DNA of 43,869 nucleotides from an uncultured bacterium. Lineage in GTDB: Bacteria; CAYUVA01. The position numbers were made by a program, and so were the translations under genes. Location: contig CAYUVA010000039.1 of the NCBI GenBank assembly GCA_964448115.1, positions 1 to 43,869 of the forward strand, read 5' to 3'. Positions 1-8,756 of the stretch are shown one piece after another; within the stretch, counting starts at the first letter, position 1; each line of letters opens with the position of its first letter. The notes below the pieces were generated by a model. The model made no database searches, was not told the DNA's origin, and saw nothing but the letters and a program-made list of their open reading frames with translations.

Positions 1-1
1 T

Positions 2-382
2 GAAAATAATTTACCAAAGGAGGGCATCCTTCTTTACGATGGTTCTGGATTGTCGAGAAATGATCGCCTGACTGCACGATTCTTGGTTGAATTGCTAGAG
101 CTGGCTTATCGAGATCCCACCATCTCCTTTGAGTTCATATCATCCCTATCATTAGGCAATGCAGATGGGACTCTGAAAAAGCGGATGGCTGATTGCCCTT
201 CATACAGCATCCGCGCCAAGACCGGCAGGATAAAAGGAGTCTGTGCACTTGCTGGATACGCCATGAAGCAAGGCAGCGATGCAAAGGCATTTGCTATGAT
301 CTTCAACGATTATCCTACGAGCTGGGCACAAATCAGAGCTATCCAGGACGAGATCTGCAAGATAATAATCAACGCAGAGTAG
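2..382 (+). CDS. dacB: D-alanyl-D-alanine carboxypeptidase/endopeptidase (PBP4, peptidase S13), 3' part; gene starts before the window
   Basis: Frame is open from base 2 (ENNLPKEGILLYDGSGLSRND). It contains the S13 motifs DGSGLSR, GTLKKR and AKTG...ALAGY. Confidence 0.88.
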   Translation, partial: ENNLPKEGILLYDGSGLSRNDRLTARFLVELLELAYRDPTISFEFISSLSLGNADGTLKKRMADCPSYSIRAKTGRIKGVCALAGYAMKQGSDAKAFAMIFNDYPTSWAQIRAIQDEICKIIINAE

Positions 383-394
383 TAATCCTTAATG

Positions 395-823
395 CTAGTA
401 CTTTCCGAACAGCCTGGCGAAAAATCTGTGTACTGCGTGTGAGATACCCTTGACTCCGATATACATGTTGATACAGTGCCCTCGAACCATCTCCAGGTCG
501 TTCTCTTGGCAGAATTTTATAATATCATCGTTCTCTGACATGAAATTTATCCATACCTTCCGCAAGCCTGCTTCCTTGCACTGCTTCAGGTACTCGAGGA
601 CCTGCTCCGATTTACCGTCTAATATAGCAACATCTGCATCTTTCGGAGTTTCAGCATAACTAGAATAATAGTTTTTTGCAGCATCGGTAGTAAAATCAGG
701 ATCAATGTAATAGAAGCTGCGCCCGGTCTCATTAAACCTTTTCTCAGCCAGCCTTAAGCGTCGTGTATCACCGAACAGAGCCACCTTTTCAGACTCGACA
801 AATGGCTTACAGTATTCCTTCAT
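395..823 (-). CDS. CoA-binding domain protein (YccU-like), divergent
   Basis: 142 aa. 'DVAIL...VLEYLKQCKEAGLRKVWI...GHCINMY...HAVHRFFARLFGKY' matches the small Rossmann CoA-binding family; the N-terminal nucleotide-binding loop is shortened. Confidence 0.6.
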   Translation of the reverse strand: MKEYCKPFVESEKVALFGDTRRLRLAEKRFNETGRSFYYIDPDFTTDAAKNYYSSYAETPKDADVAILDGKSEQVLEYLKQCKEAGLRKVWINFMSENDDIIKFCQENDLEMVRGHCINMYIGVKGISHAVHRFFARLFGKY

Positions 824-849
824 AACTATCCCCTACTATTAAAATTAAG

Positions 850-1401
850 CTATTCAGCTTCATGGTATGTAAGGCGGATCATCTTATCGCCTTGTTTTAT
901 CTTTTTCACAGCATCCATGCCGTCGGTTACCTGTCCGAAAACCGTGTACTTTCCATCAAGATGTGGCTGCGGGGCAAGGCATATATAGAATTGACTCCCG
1001 GCGCTATCCGGCTTGTTGGGTCTAGCCATCGCTACCGTACCAGTTACATGTTTCCGCTGATTGAATTCATCCTTAATCGTATAGCCCGGTCCGCCACTAC
1101 CATTCCCTTTGGGATCGCCACCCTGGGCAACGAAGCCAGGTATTACCCTGTGGAAGGTAAGTCCATCGTAAAAGCCCTCCTTGACCAGTTTAATAAAGTT
1201 TTCAACGGTCTGCGGGGCATCTTGCGGATAAAGCTCGATAGTTACATCCCCGTATTTCGTCTCCAGAACCACATAGCCGATATCATCGGTCGAACTTCCC
1301 TTGTCCATTGATAATTGCTCCTTGTTTTTGCAGCCGCATGAGGCTAAAAGGCAAAGAGTTAGTAGCGTTGAAAAGATAACCAGATATCCTGTTCTTTGCA
1401 T
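850..1401 (-). CDS. Cyclophilin-type peptidyl-prolyl cis-trans isomerase, predicted lipoprotein
   Basis: Motifs [49 protein letters not shown]. Hydrophobic N-terminus with lipobox-like LLAS-C. GGAG RBS upstream. Confidence 0.93.
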   Translation of the reverse strand: MQRTGYLVIFSTLLTLCLLASCGCKNKEQLSMDKGSSTDDIGYVVLETKYGDVTIELYPQDAPQTVENFIKLVKEGFYDGLTFHRVIPGFVAQGGDPKGNGSGGPGYTIKDEFNQRKHVTGTVAMARPNKPDSAGSQFYICLAPQPHLDGKYTVFGQVTDGMDAVKKIKQGDKMIRLTYHEAE

Positions 1402-1510
1402 CTTGAATCTCCTAATGAAGCTCTATTAGTATTGCATCTCATGATCGTTTAAAGTATGACCTTATGGGCAATTATTTCAAGTCCTAATTTACAGGTATCG
1501 CCATAAGAAA

Positions 1511-2317
1511 TTAAATATCAATCCTTTGACCAGGCAATGGCGGACAAGCTGAATAAACCTCCTTTACTAAGATAATACCTAGATCAGCAAGCGGAATTTT
1601 ATGCGCTCCTGAATAGTTTCCCTTGACTTGATAGCTAATTGGGTCAAAGGTGATCACATTTACCGCCACCGGTTGATTGTCCTGCAAATCAGTAATGTTA
1701 TGCCTTATGGGAAGGACATTGAAAACTAGCCTATTGCCAGCAATTGGGAACAACGAGAAGCTGGGCACTATCTGCGGATAGCCATCAGCGCCGACGAAAC
1801 TTAAAACCTTGAGAGCCTGGGTGCGGGAAAATTTCTCCATAACCTGTACAGGCATACTGTTCTTATTATTACCAGCCAGCTTAAATATGATTTTTCTAGG
1901 CAGGATTGGAACAAGTTCCTTTAATATGGAGATCTTGTTGACCTTATAAGACCCGGTAATCTCGGAAACCTTTATAACTCCCACCCGCCTTATGCCCATA
2001 TATGCATTGTAGCGAAGCATATCCTTGCTATTGATCTTATCGATGTAGGCACCGGTCTCTGCGAAGCCTGTAAAATCTCCCTTGATTATCCAGACATCGA
2101 GCTGCTCGGTGATTACCGCCGCGCAGACCCTGCTCGACTCTTCGAGGTTCCTTCTCGTTTTCCAGATCATCAGCTCTCCGAAGATAAGCTCATCCCCCTC
2201 CCCGGCATCCATGGTCGAGATGACCACGACATTCGGCTTGCCGTTGGCATCGCAGGTGGCGAGGAACTTTGGGGTCATGTCACCGGCAAGGGCTGTTTTC
2301 AGCTTCTCGCTCAGCAT
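1511..2317 (-). CDS. Tandem pyridoxamine 5'-phosphate oxidase-like (split-barrel) protein
   Basis: Two related halves: 'KFLATCDANGKPNVV...KTRRNLEESSRVCAAV' and 'KVLSFVGADGYPQIV...NQPVAVNV...SYQVKG'. Overlaps the activase end by 7 nt. Confidence 0.75.
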   Translation of the reverse strand: MLSEKLKTALAGDMTPKFLATCDANGKPNVVVISTMDAGEGDELIFGELMIWKTRRNLEESSRVCAAVITEQLDVWIIKGDFTGFAETGAYIDKINSKDMLRYNAYMGIRRVGVIKVSEITGSYKVNKISILKELVPILPRKIIFKLAGNNKNSMPVQVMEKFSRTQALKVLSFVGADGYPQIVPSFSLFPIAGNRLVFNVLPIRHNITDLQDNQPVAVNVITFDPISYQVKGNYSGAHKIPLADLGIILVKEVYSACPPLPGQRIDI

Positions 2318-3291
2318 CTGTAATCCCCTTTTACTGTAATAATTTTACCATTTTTGATTCTAGTTGGACCGCTCCATTTCACCAATAGCAATCCCTTCGA
2401 GGCAGCAATCGCAGCCAACTCCTCCATCCGTTCGCTATCCATAAGCTCCTTTTGAGCATATTCATACTCAAGCCCCAGCAGCTCGTATTTTGCCCGGCAG
2501 GAGTTCTCGAATGCCAGCAGATCATAGCGCTGCAGGGTGGGGGCGTTGTTTGCCAGGTATTCGGCAATCCTGGATATGTTTTCCTCGGTATCGGTAGCAC
2601 CAGGTATTACCGGCGTCCGTACCCATAGCGGTATTTTGCGCTCGGTTATAAGCGAGAGCGACTTATGCAAGCGCTCCAGCGACAGGCCGGTAAGCTCCAG
2701 TGACTCCTGCTCATCGCTGAGCTTGTAATCTAGCAATACCAGGTCAACCAGGGGCAATATCACCTCTAATGCCTTTTCGCTGGCGCATCCGCAGGTATCC
2801 AGTGCAATGTGAATATTCTGTTGTTTGAGCTGCTGGCAAAGGGCTGCAACGAAGCGCCACTGCATGAGCGGCTCGCCGCCGGATAGAGTAACACCCCCGG
2901 CAGAGGTCTCGTAGAAACTTTTGTCTTTTATCACCTCGTCGGCGACCTCAACCAGGGAGTATTCCCTGCCGATGGTCTCAAGCGCAGCGCCGGGGCACTG
3001 CTCCACGCAATCACCGCAAGTGTCGCATAATGACCGATCGATTACGATGCGGTCATCTTGGGCATGAAGCGCTTGTTTGAGGCATATTTTCAGACAGTCG
3101 TGGCAGCCGATGCAGCGAACATCGTACCAGACCAGCTCGCTTTTCAGGCTCATTCCCTCCGGATTATGGCACCATGCGCAGGTTAAGGGGCAACCCTTGA
3201 AGAAGATAGTGGTACGAATGCCGGGACCATCCTCGGTTGAAAAGCGCTGAATGTTGAATATCAGGGCTTTTTCTTGCTTATTTCCTAACAA
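2311..3291 (-). CDS. Glycyl-radical enzyme activating enzyme (radical SAM with ferredoxin-like insert)
   Basis: DGPGIRTTIFFKGCPLTCAWCHNPEG (CxxxCxxC), two CxxCxxCxxxC motifs (CIGCHDCLKIC, CDTCGDCVEQC), GVTLSGGEPL. TTG start. Confidence 0.93.
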   Translation of the reverse strand: MLGNKQEKALIFNIQRFSTEDGPGIRTTIFFKGCPLTCAWCHNPEGMSLKSELVWYDVRCIGCHDCLKICLKQALHAQDDRIVIDRSLCDTCGDCVEQCPGAALETIGREYSLVEVADEVIKDKSFYETSAGGVTLSGGEPLMQWRFVAALCQQLKQQNIHIALDTCGCASEKALEVILPLVDLVLLDYKLSDEQESLELTGLSLERLHKSLSLITERKIPLWVRTPVIPGATDTEENISRIAEYLANNAPTLQRYDLLAFENSCRAKYELLGLEYEYAQKELMDSERMEELAAIAASKGLLLVKWSGPTRIKNGKIITVKGDYRC

Positions 3292-3448
3292 TGCCTTGTA
3301 TCCTGCATGGAAAGAATAATATTTTTAGCCAGAGTTTTCCAGGCAAGATCCGTGCTTTCCAGCCCTGAAGTATTGATTTTGATGACAAGGTAGGCAAGCA
3401 GTCCTTGCCCCGAAGTGGCAATACAACAGGCGTGAGGCTTGAGAAAAT

Positions 3449-3531
3449 ATGACACATCACTAGATCCCTTCTTGATAGAGGGGACTTCCTGAACATCCCC
3501 TCCAAAAAGAGGGGATTTAGGGGTGTGTCAT
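3449..3531. repeat. REP-like palindromic element with terminal inverted repeats and two internal hairpins
   Basis: atgacacatcactagatccc ... gggatttaggggtgtgtcat is a 20-bp inverted repeat with 3 mismatches. It encloses the hairpins cccttcttgatagagggg and tcccctccaaaaagagggga. Confidence 0.65.
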
Positions 3532-3645
3532 TCACCATATCATTCTATCCTTTTCCTTCTTCGTGCCTTAGTGCCTTTGTGGTTTGACTTCTCCCTCAAG
3601 CCTATTGTATCGCCACTACATGGCTTAAGGACTGCCTGAGGCAAT

Positions 3646-6045
3646 CTACAATCCATGCGACTCCCTGGAGATTATCTCGTCCTGGATCTCCTTGCCGAGC
3701 ATGATGAAGTATGCGTTGTAGCCGGTAACCCTGACCAGCAGGTTGCGGTAATCCTGTGGATTTTGCTGCGCTTCGCGTAGCATCTGCGGGTCGGTAACAT
3801 TGACCTGCAAAGCGGTGCCTCCCTCCTGGCAATAGGCGCGTAAAAGAGCCGCCACCTTGTCGATGTGCTCCGCATCTTTGAGCATCGAAGGAGATAAGGA
3901 GAGGGTATGCGAGCCGCCGTTGGGTGCGGTCCGAAGCTCCAGCTTGCCTACAGATCTTATATTAGCGGTCGGTCCATAACGATCCATGCCGGTTACCGGG
4001 CAGACTCCATTGGATAAAAACTTGCCCCGTGGTCTGCCATCCGGGGTCGCTGAAGTGCTCGGGGCATAAGCGATCCAATAGTTCCACGAGAGATAGCCTG
4101 CTCGATACTTCTTGCCAGTCGCAGGCGCTATTCTCCGTGAGACACGCTCAGTCCATCGCCTGGAGAGATCGGCTGCTATCTTGTCAGACCTATCGTCATC
4201 ATTGCCGAACTTGGGTGCCCGATTCAGCAGCATGGTGCGGATCTTCTCGTATCCATCGAAATTGTGCTTTATTGCTTCCACAAGCTCTGCCATACTGAAT
4301 CGTCCCTGCTCAAATACAAGGCTTTTAACTGCCAGGAGGCTATCCACGGCAGTAGCCAGCCCGATCCCCTCCACGGTCAGGAAATTGTACTCTGCTCCAC
4401 CCTCAGTTATATCCTTGCCCTTCTCGGCGCATCCATCGATCATCGCAGACAGGTATGGTGTTGGCTCGAAGCGCGCCCTTATCTCATCGGCGATATTGTT
4501 GCAGGCAATTATTCTGTCAACCAGGGCATCAAGCTGCCTATAGACCGCATCACGAAACGCCTCGAAGGTGCTGAATAGTCTCGCATCCCCAGTGGATACG
4601 CCCAGCCTGATGCCGCTTCTCATATCAAGTCCGTCGTTGAGTGCAAGTTCGATCGCCTTTGCCAGGTTGAGGTTCACATCCACGGTGCCGGAGCGATCGT
4701 TGCCCTGAAGCGTGTTCTCCAGGCATCCGACCGGCGCATAATCCCAGAGCTTGTCCTCCGGCAGCCCCTGCCAGCGCAAGCCCTCCATCGACTTCTCATC
4801 GAAGTTGAGTAAAAACGGCGCCCCCTGAGCCTTGGATATCATCTGTGCCACCCGGCGAAGGAGCGTTTGGGGCGTATTTTTATGCAGGCGAATGTTCGGC
4901 TTCGGCTCCAGCAGGTTCATATCCTCGATGACATCGAGAAAAAGCCAGGTAAGCTCGTTGCTCGCATCCTTCCCGTCTTTGTCGATGCCACCTAGGGTGA
5001 TCAGTTGACCGAAGCCGGAATTGATTCCCTGGTTGGGACCCATTCGCCCTTGATAATCATAAGCGTAGTTGTGCTTGATAAAGTAGCACTGGAGAAGCTC
5101 CCTGGCTTGATCCCTGGTCAGGATGCCTTTTTCGATGTCCCTTTTATAGTATGGATAAAGGTACTGATCCACCCGTCCCGGCGACAATCCGGGTCCCGGG
5201 TAGCCCTCCTCAGCCATAACAAGCATGTGCGCCATCCAGAGGCTCTGCAGCGCCTCGTGGAAGCTCGATGCCGGCTGCCAGGGCACATTGCGACAGATTT
5301 CAGCGATGCCAAGAAGCTCTTGTTTGCGCAGGCTGTCTTTTTCCGTTTCTGCGAGCCGAGTTGCCTCATCAGCATATCGCCTTCCAAAGCTCTTCGCAGC
5401 CTCACAGGATATCATTATGGCTTTGCGGACATGATTGGCATGGCTGTCTTGGGCGGTCAAAAGCGCCTTTGTTTCCTCGTAGATCCCCTTGAAGCCGATG
5501 TTCAAGACCTTCTTGTAGTTGGGGATGATATGTCCCGGCACCGCCCCGCAGTTGCCGATGCCCTTGTCGTTCAATACGAGAAACTCATCGAAGAACCTTT
5601 TGCCTATCCTCTTGTATTCCTTGGCCTCTTTTTTAGTAAGCATCCTGGAGAGCGCGGTATTGAAATAGGACCCCACGATAAGCTCCCCATCGAGTATCTT
5701 CACCGGCAGGTGCTTGCTTAAAAGCTCCTTGAAAAACTCGGCTCTGCGGATGACCAGCGGCTGTTTGAAGATATCATCGGGCATCGGTATATGCCTTGCC
5801 ATAGCGAGCAGGCTATCCTCGTAGGACGGGAAAAAGGGAAGCGGCTCGGGAACGATAGTCCAGACATGCCTTGCCCAGACCATATCCCATGGTTTACCAT
5901 TTGTGAAGGGCATGACCTCGTTCCTGAAGTATTCTCTATCTCTGAAGGAGAAATACTCATCCCTCAGTTTCCTGACTCGTGCAGAGAGTTTATCTGAGGG
6001 TTTCCAGAGTGTGCCCGGTGGTGAGGTGGAGGGTTTTTCCTGCAT
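3646..6045 (-). CDS. Glycyl radical enzyme (PFL2/glycerol dehydratase superfamily), substrate unknown, ~799 aa
   Basis: Glycyl loop NLLVRVTGY, single-Cys thiyl loop APVGCLENT, plus APKFGNDD and ATPDGR. Start moved to ATG 6045 (MQEKPS) because a GGAGA RBS precedes it and the ORF-track extension overlaps the promoter. Confidence 0.93.
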   Translation of the reverse strand: MQEKPSTSPPGTLWKPSDKLSARVRKLRDEYFSFRDREYFRNEVMPFTNGKPWDMVWARHVWTIVPEPLPFFPSYEDSLLAMARHIPMPDDIFKQPLVIRRAEFFKELLSKHLPVKILDGELIVGSYFNTALSRMLTKKEAKEYKRIGKRFFDEFLVLNDKGIGNCGAVPGHIIPNYKKVLNIGFKGIYEETKALLTAQDSHANHVRKAIMISCEAAKSFGRRYADEATRLAETEKDSLRKQELLGIAEICRNVPWQPASSFHEALQSLWMAHMLVMAEEGYPGPGLSPGRVDQYLYPYYKRDIEKGILTRDQARELLQCYFIKHNYAYDYQGRMGPNQGINSGFGQLITLGGIDKDGKDASNELTWLFLDVIEDMNLLEPKPNIRLHKNTPQTLLRRVAQMISKAQGAPFLLNFDEKSMEGLRWQGLPEDKLWDYAPVGCLENTLQGNDRSGTVDVNLNLAKAIELALNDGLDMRSGIRLGVSTGDARLFSTFEAFRDAVYRQLDALVDRIIACNNIADEIRARFEPTPYLSAMIDGCAEKGKDITEGGAEYNFLTVEGIGLATAVDSLLAVKSLVFEQGRFSMAELVEAIKHNFDGYEKIRTMLLNRAPKFGNDDDRSDKIAADLSRRWTERVSRRIAPATGKKYRAGYLSWNYWIAYAPSTSATPDGRPRGKFLSNGVCPVTGMDRYGPTANIRSVGKLELRTAPNGGSHTLSLSPSMLKDAEHIDKVAALLRAYCQEGGTALQVNVTDPQMLREAQQNPQDYRNLLVRVTGYNAYFIMLGKEIQDEIISRESHGL

Positions 6046-6103
6046 CGTTTTTTCTCCATTGAAGGCGCATGAATAAAAGGAAATAAATCTTTTATTGAAA
6101 ATA

Positions 6104-6132
6104 AGTCTAATTGGATTATCCGATCCTGTCAA
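6104..6132 (-). promoter_or_regulatory. sigma70-type promoter of the GRE gene
   Basis: TTGACA (6132-6127), 17-bp spacer, TAGACT (6109-6104). Confidence 0.65.
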
Positions 6133-6152
6133 TTAGAGCTTCAGGTGGCGAT

Positions 6153-6248
6153 AAAAAGATAATAGGCAGGATCCACCAATTTTTATATACGAGGTAGCTA
6201 TTGCTCCTCAATGTGGTCAACGCCACTGATGCTGGGTATCCTGCCTAT
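6153..6248 (-). ncRNA. Candidate structured small RNA or leader (three-way junction followed by a U-rich tail), family not recognised
   Basis: Perfect 11-bp closing stem AUAGGCAGGAU/AUCCUGCCUAU (6248-6238 with 6172-6162). Internal hairpins GUGG-CGUUGA-CCAC and GAGG-AGC-AAUA-GCU-A-CCUC, then UAUCUUUUU. The 5' end coincides with the predicted +1 of the upstream promoter. Confidence 0.55.
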
Positions 6249-6254
6249 ACATAT

Positions 6255-6283
6255 AATATAGGTTCTGGAGCCGTTTTTGTCAA
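6255..6283 (-). promoter_or_regulatory. sigma70-type promoter driving the candidate RNA
   Basis: TTGACA (6283-6278), 17-bp spacer, TATATT (6260-6255). An A at 6248 lies 7 nt downstream. Confidence 0.65.
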
Positions 6284-6481
6284 TAGGCATCGCCCATTCC
6301 TTATCAAGTGAGTAAGAGAGCCTTGACACTTATGATTTTACTCTTTTTCCCAGAAATAAAGGTGCGTTTATACGAGCCATTTGCTGGATCTGCTGTCGTT
6401 TCAATTGTTCGATTTGGGTATTTTGATTGTGCATCTTTTTTGATATCATACCGCTACTGGTTGAACGATTATATCAAGCAG

Positions 6482-7411
6482 ATGCAGCCCTCCATTCAAA
6501 TAGTTGACTGTACCATCTTACGAAGCTCAGTGGTCGCATCTGCCCGTACTTTTTGCCTTTTGGAGCTTCGTGCTGAGGGCTTGAAGGCTGAAGACTTTAA
6601 GCCTGGTCAATTTATCAATATCCTTTGCTCCCAGGTCGATGTGCTTGAGCATTCGCACAAGACAGCGGGTAAAATTATTCGACGCCCCTTCAGCATTCAC
6701 TCTATCACCGGCAAGGATAGCTTCGAGGTGCTTATCGAGGTGGTCGGTCCTGGAACTGCCTGGCTAGCTGGTAGATCAGAAGGAGACCGCCTGGATGTAA
6801 TGCTCCCCTTGGGCAATGGTCTCGACATCGCAAAAGTGGGCGAGAGCACCATAGTTCTTGTCGGCGGCGGAATCGGCATCGCTCCTTTGCATTTCTTCGC
6901 CCAACAGGCACTGATACACGGTAAGAGGGTGATAGTTTATATTGGAGTCTATGATAGGGCATCCATACCAGCCGAGATCATTAGAGATAAGGGAAAAAAT
7001 TATATCCTACATGTTGGCGATAAGCTAAAAAAATTGGGTTGTGAAGTGCTTATTGCCACTGAAGTCTATGACCCCCAGAGCGATTTCACAGGATATATTT
7101 CCGATTTCTTTTACCAGGGTATGATCACGGAGCAAGGCGAGGTAAGATTACCTGATATCCGTGCCATTGCCTGCGGTCCTATAGACATGCTTCGCGACTT
7201 CAAGGATTATGTTTTCAAGCTCGATATTCCCGCCATGGTGTTGTTGGAGGAGCGTATGGGGTGTGGATATGGAGCCTGTCTATCATGCGTTTGTCATGGA
7301 TACCAGCGGGATGAGAATGGTGTGCTCACCGACAGGGTGGTTAACAAGAAGATCTGCACCGATGGACCGCTTTTCCTTGTTGAGGAGGTGATCCTGCATG
7401 GTATTGAATGA
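6482..7411 (+). CDS. pyrK: Dihydroorotate dehydrogenase B, electron-transfer subunit
   Basis: KPGQF, RRPFSI, VGGGIGIAPL, ACGP, and the [2Fe-2S] motif ERMGCGYGACLSC...CTDGPLF. Overlaps pyrD. Start at ATG 6482 preferred over GTG 6308 (start uncertain). Confidence 0.9.
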   Translation: MQPSIQIVDCTILRSSVVASARTFCLLELRAEGLKAEDFKPGQFINILCSQVDVLEHSHKTAGKIIRRPFSIHSITGKDSFEVLIEVVGPGTAWLAGRSEGDRLDVMLPLGNGLDIAKVGESTIVLVGGGIGIAPLHFFAQQALIHGKRVIVYIGVYDRASIPAEIIRDKGKNYILHVGDKLKKLGCEVLIATEVYDPQSDFTGYISDFFYQGMITEQGEVRLPDIRAIACGPIDMLRDFKDYVFKLDIPAMVLLEERMGCGYGACLSCVCHGYQRDENGVLTDRVVNKKICTDGPLFLVEEVILHGIE

Positions 7412-8393
7412 GGCGAATCCACTGGCTGTGAGCCTTGGAGCGCTTAAGCTGCAAAGTCCAGTAATTTTAGCCTCCGGCACCTGCGGTTATGGCTTGGAGA
7501 TGCTTCGAATCAGGGATTTTGATTTCAGGCAGGTGGGAGCAATAACGCTCAAGGGCACGACAATGGAGCCTCGTCGAGGCAATCCACAGCCAAGGATATG
7601 CGAGACTCCATCTGGATTGTTGAATTCCATTGGGTTGGAAAATCCGGGCATCGATTTCGTGCAGCAACAGATCCTTCCACAATTATCGCAACTTGATACC
7701 ATCATAATCGGTCAGGCTGCCGGATTCTCGGTGGAGGAATATGCTTATGTTGCTTCCAGGCTCGCATCCTCAGAGAATGTCCATGCCGTGGAGATAAACA
7801 TATCTTGCCCCAATGTCAAAGCCGGCGGCGCTGCCTTTGGCGCAGATGCGCATTCCGCATTCGGGGTCATAGATGAAGTAAAAAGGAACATTGACAGCAA
7901 ACCGATAATAGCAAAATTGAATCCAAATGTAACCTCCATAACCGAGATAGCAGCCGCTGTGATCCAGGCTGGTGCTGATATGATCAGCATGACCAATACC
8001 TTTAAGGGGATGGAGATAGATCTCGCTATCGGTAAGCCATACTTTGCAAATACAGTAGCCGGACTAAGCGGTCCTGCCATATTCCCATTATCGCTAGCCA
8101 GGGTTTACGAGGTGTATCAATACATTAGCAGAGAAAGGCTTGATATCCCGATAATCGGTATGGGCGGCGTTTCTTGTGGCAATGATGCGCTCAAGATGAT
8201 CCTAAGCGGTGCATCGGCGGTGGGAGTAGGTACCGCGGTTATGACAAATCCACTTATAGCTGCTCAAATAAACGAGCATCTGCACCGGTTCATCGCTGAC
8301 TGTCCCTGGAAAAAGCCGGGTGTTCAGCTAAACCGCATCTCCGACCTGGTCGGATGGGCGCATAGAACCACAAAGGCACAAGGAGGAAAGTGA
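7398..8393 (+). CDS. pyrD: Dihydroorotate dehydrogenase B, catalytic subunit
   Basis: LASGTCGYG, GNPQPRI.ETPSGLLNSIGLENPG, EINISCPNV, GLSGPAI, IIGMGGV. Confidence 0.93.
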   Translation: MVLNEANPLAVSLGALKLQSPVILASGTCGYGLEMLRIRDFDFRQVGAITLKGTTMEPRRGNPQPRICETPSGLLNSIGLENPGIDFVQQQILPQLSQLDTIIIGQAAGFSVEEYAYVASRLASSENVHAVEINISCPNVKAGGAAFGADAHSAFGVIDEVKRNIDSKPIIAKLNPNVTSITEIAAAVIQAGADMISMTNTFKGMEIDLAIGKPYFANTVAGLSGPAIFPLSLARVYEVYQYISRERLDIPIIGMGGVSCGNDALKMILSGASAVGVGTAVMTNPLIAAQINEHLHRFIADCPWKKPGVQLNRISDLVGWAHRTTKAQGGK

Positions 8394-8432
8394 AACCGTG
8401 GTACCGTGATAAAGTAATGGAGGAAAGAAAGA

Positions 8433-8522
8433 CCCTCTCCCCCCGCCCTCTCCCAGAGGGGTTTGTCTCAAAATGTCAATATTTCACCAGAAGTGTCATT
8501 GCGAGCAAAGAGAAGCAATCTC
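8433..8522. repeat. Degenerate REP-like relics after pyrD
   Basis: ccctctccccccgccctctcccagagggg followed by tgtcattgcgagcaaagagaagcaatctc. Related half-motifs recur at 25720-25746 and 40599-40630. Confidence 0.45.
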
Positions 8523-8615
8523 TATCTTAACCTATAATAACATCAGCATCTTTGGTGATACCTTTACTGACTTTAAGACCTCCAATAATTACTTGATACC
8601 TATATGGTTTTAGTG

Positions 8616-8678
8616 TGATATAATCCTACCAACTGGCGCTTGGAAAACAAACCATATCAAATATTGATTGATATTTGA
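8616..8678 (+). promoter_or_regulatory. Extended -10 promoter and downstream inverted repeat before the UbiB-family gene
   Basis: TG-A-TATAAT at 8616-8624; TCAAATAT-N6-ATATTTGA at 8657-8678. Confidence 0.4.
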
Positions 8679-8756
8679 CTATAAAAGATCTATTTTCTAA
8701 GGCAATGATTGGTATATCTATATGTAAAATCTCATTCAAGGCAGCCTAATTAACTG

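Noticed and set aside
6046-6132. N-terminal extension of the GRE in the ORF track (TTG 6132)
   Set aside because: The TTG is the -35 box of the promoter; ATG 6045 has a proper RBS.
6190-6235. ZTP (pfl), fluoride riboswitch or hammerhead resemblance (GUGG..ACCAC..GAGGAG; CTGATG)
   Set aside because: The other required conserved elements are absent; kept only as an unassigned RNA candidate.
8381-8530. AGGAGG plus GTG overlapping the pyrD stop, opening a short frame
   Set aside because: RBS spacing is only 3 nt and the frame runs through repeat relics with no recognisable protein.
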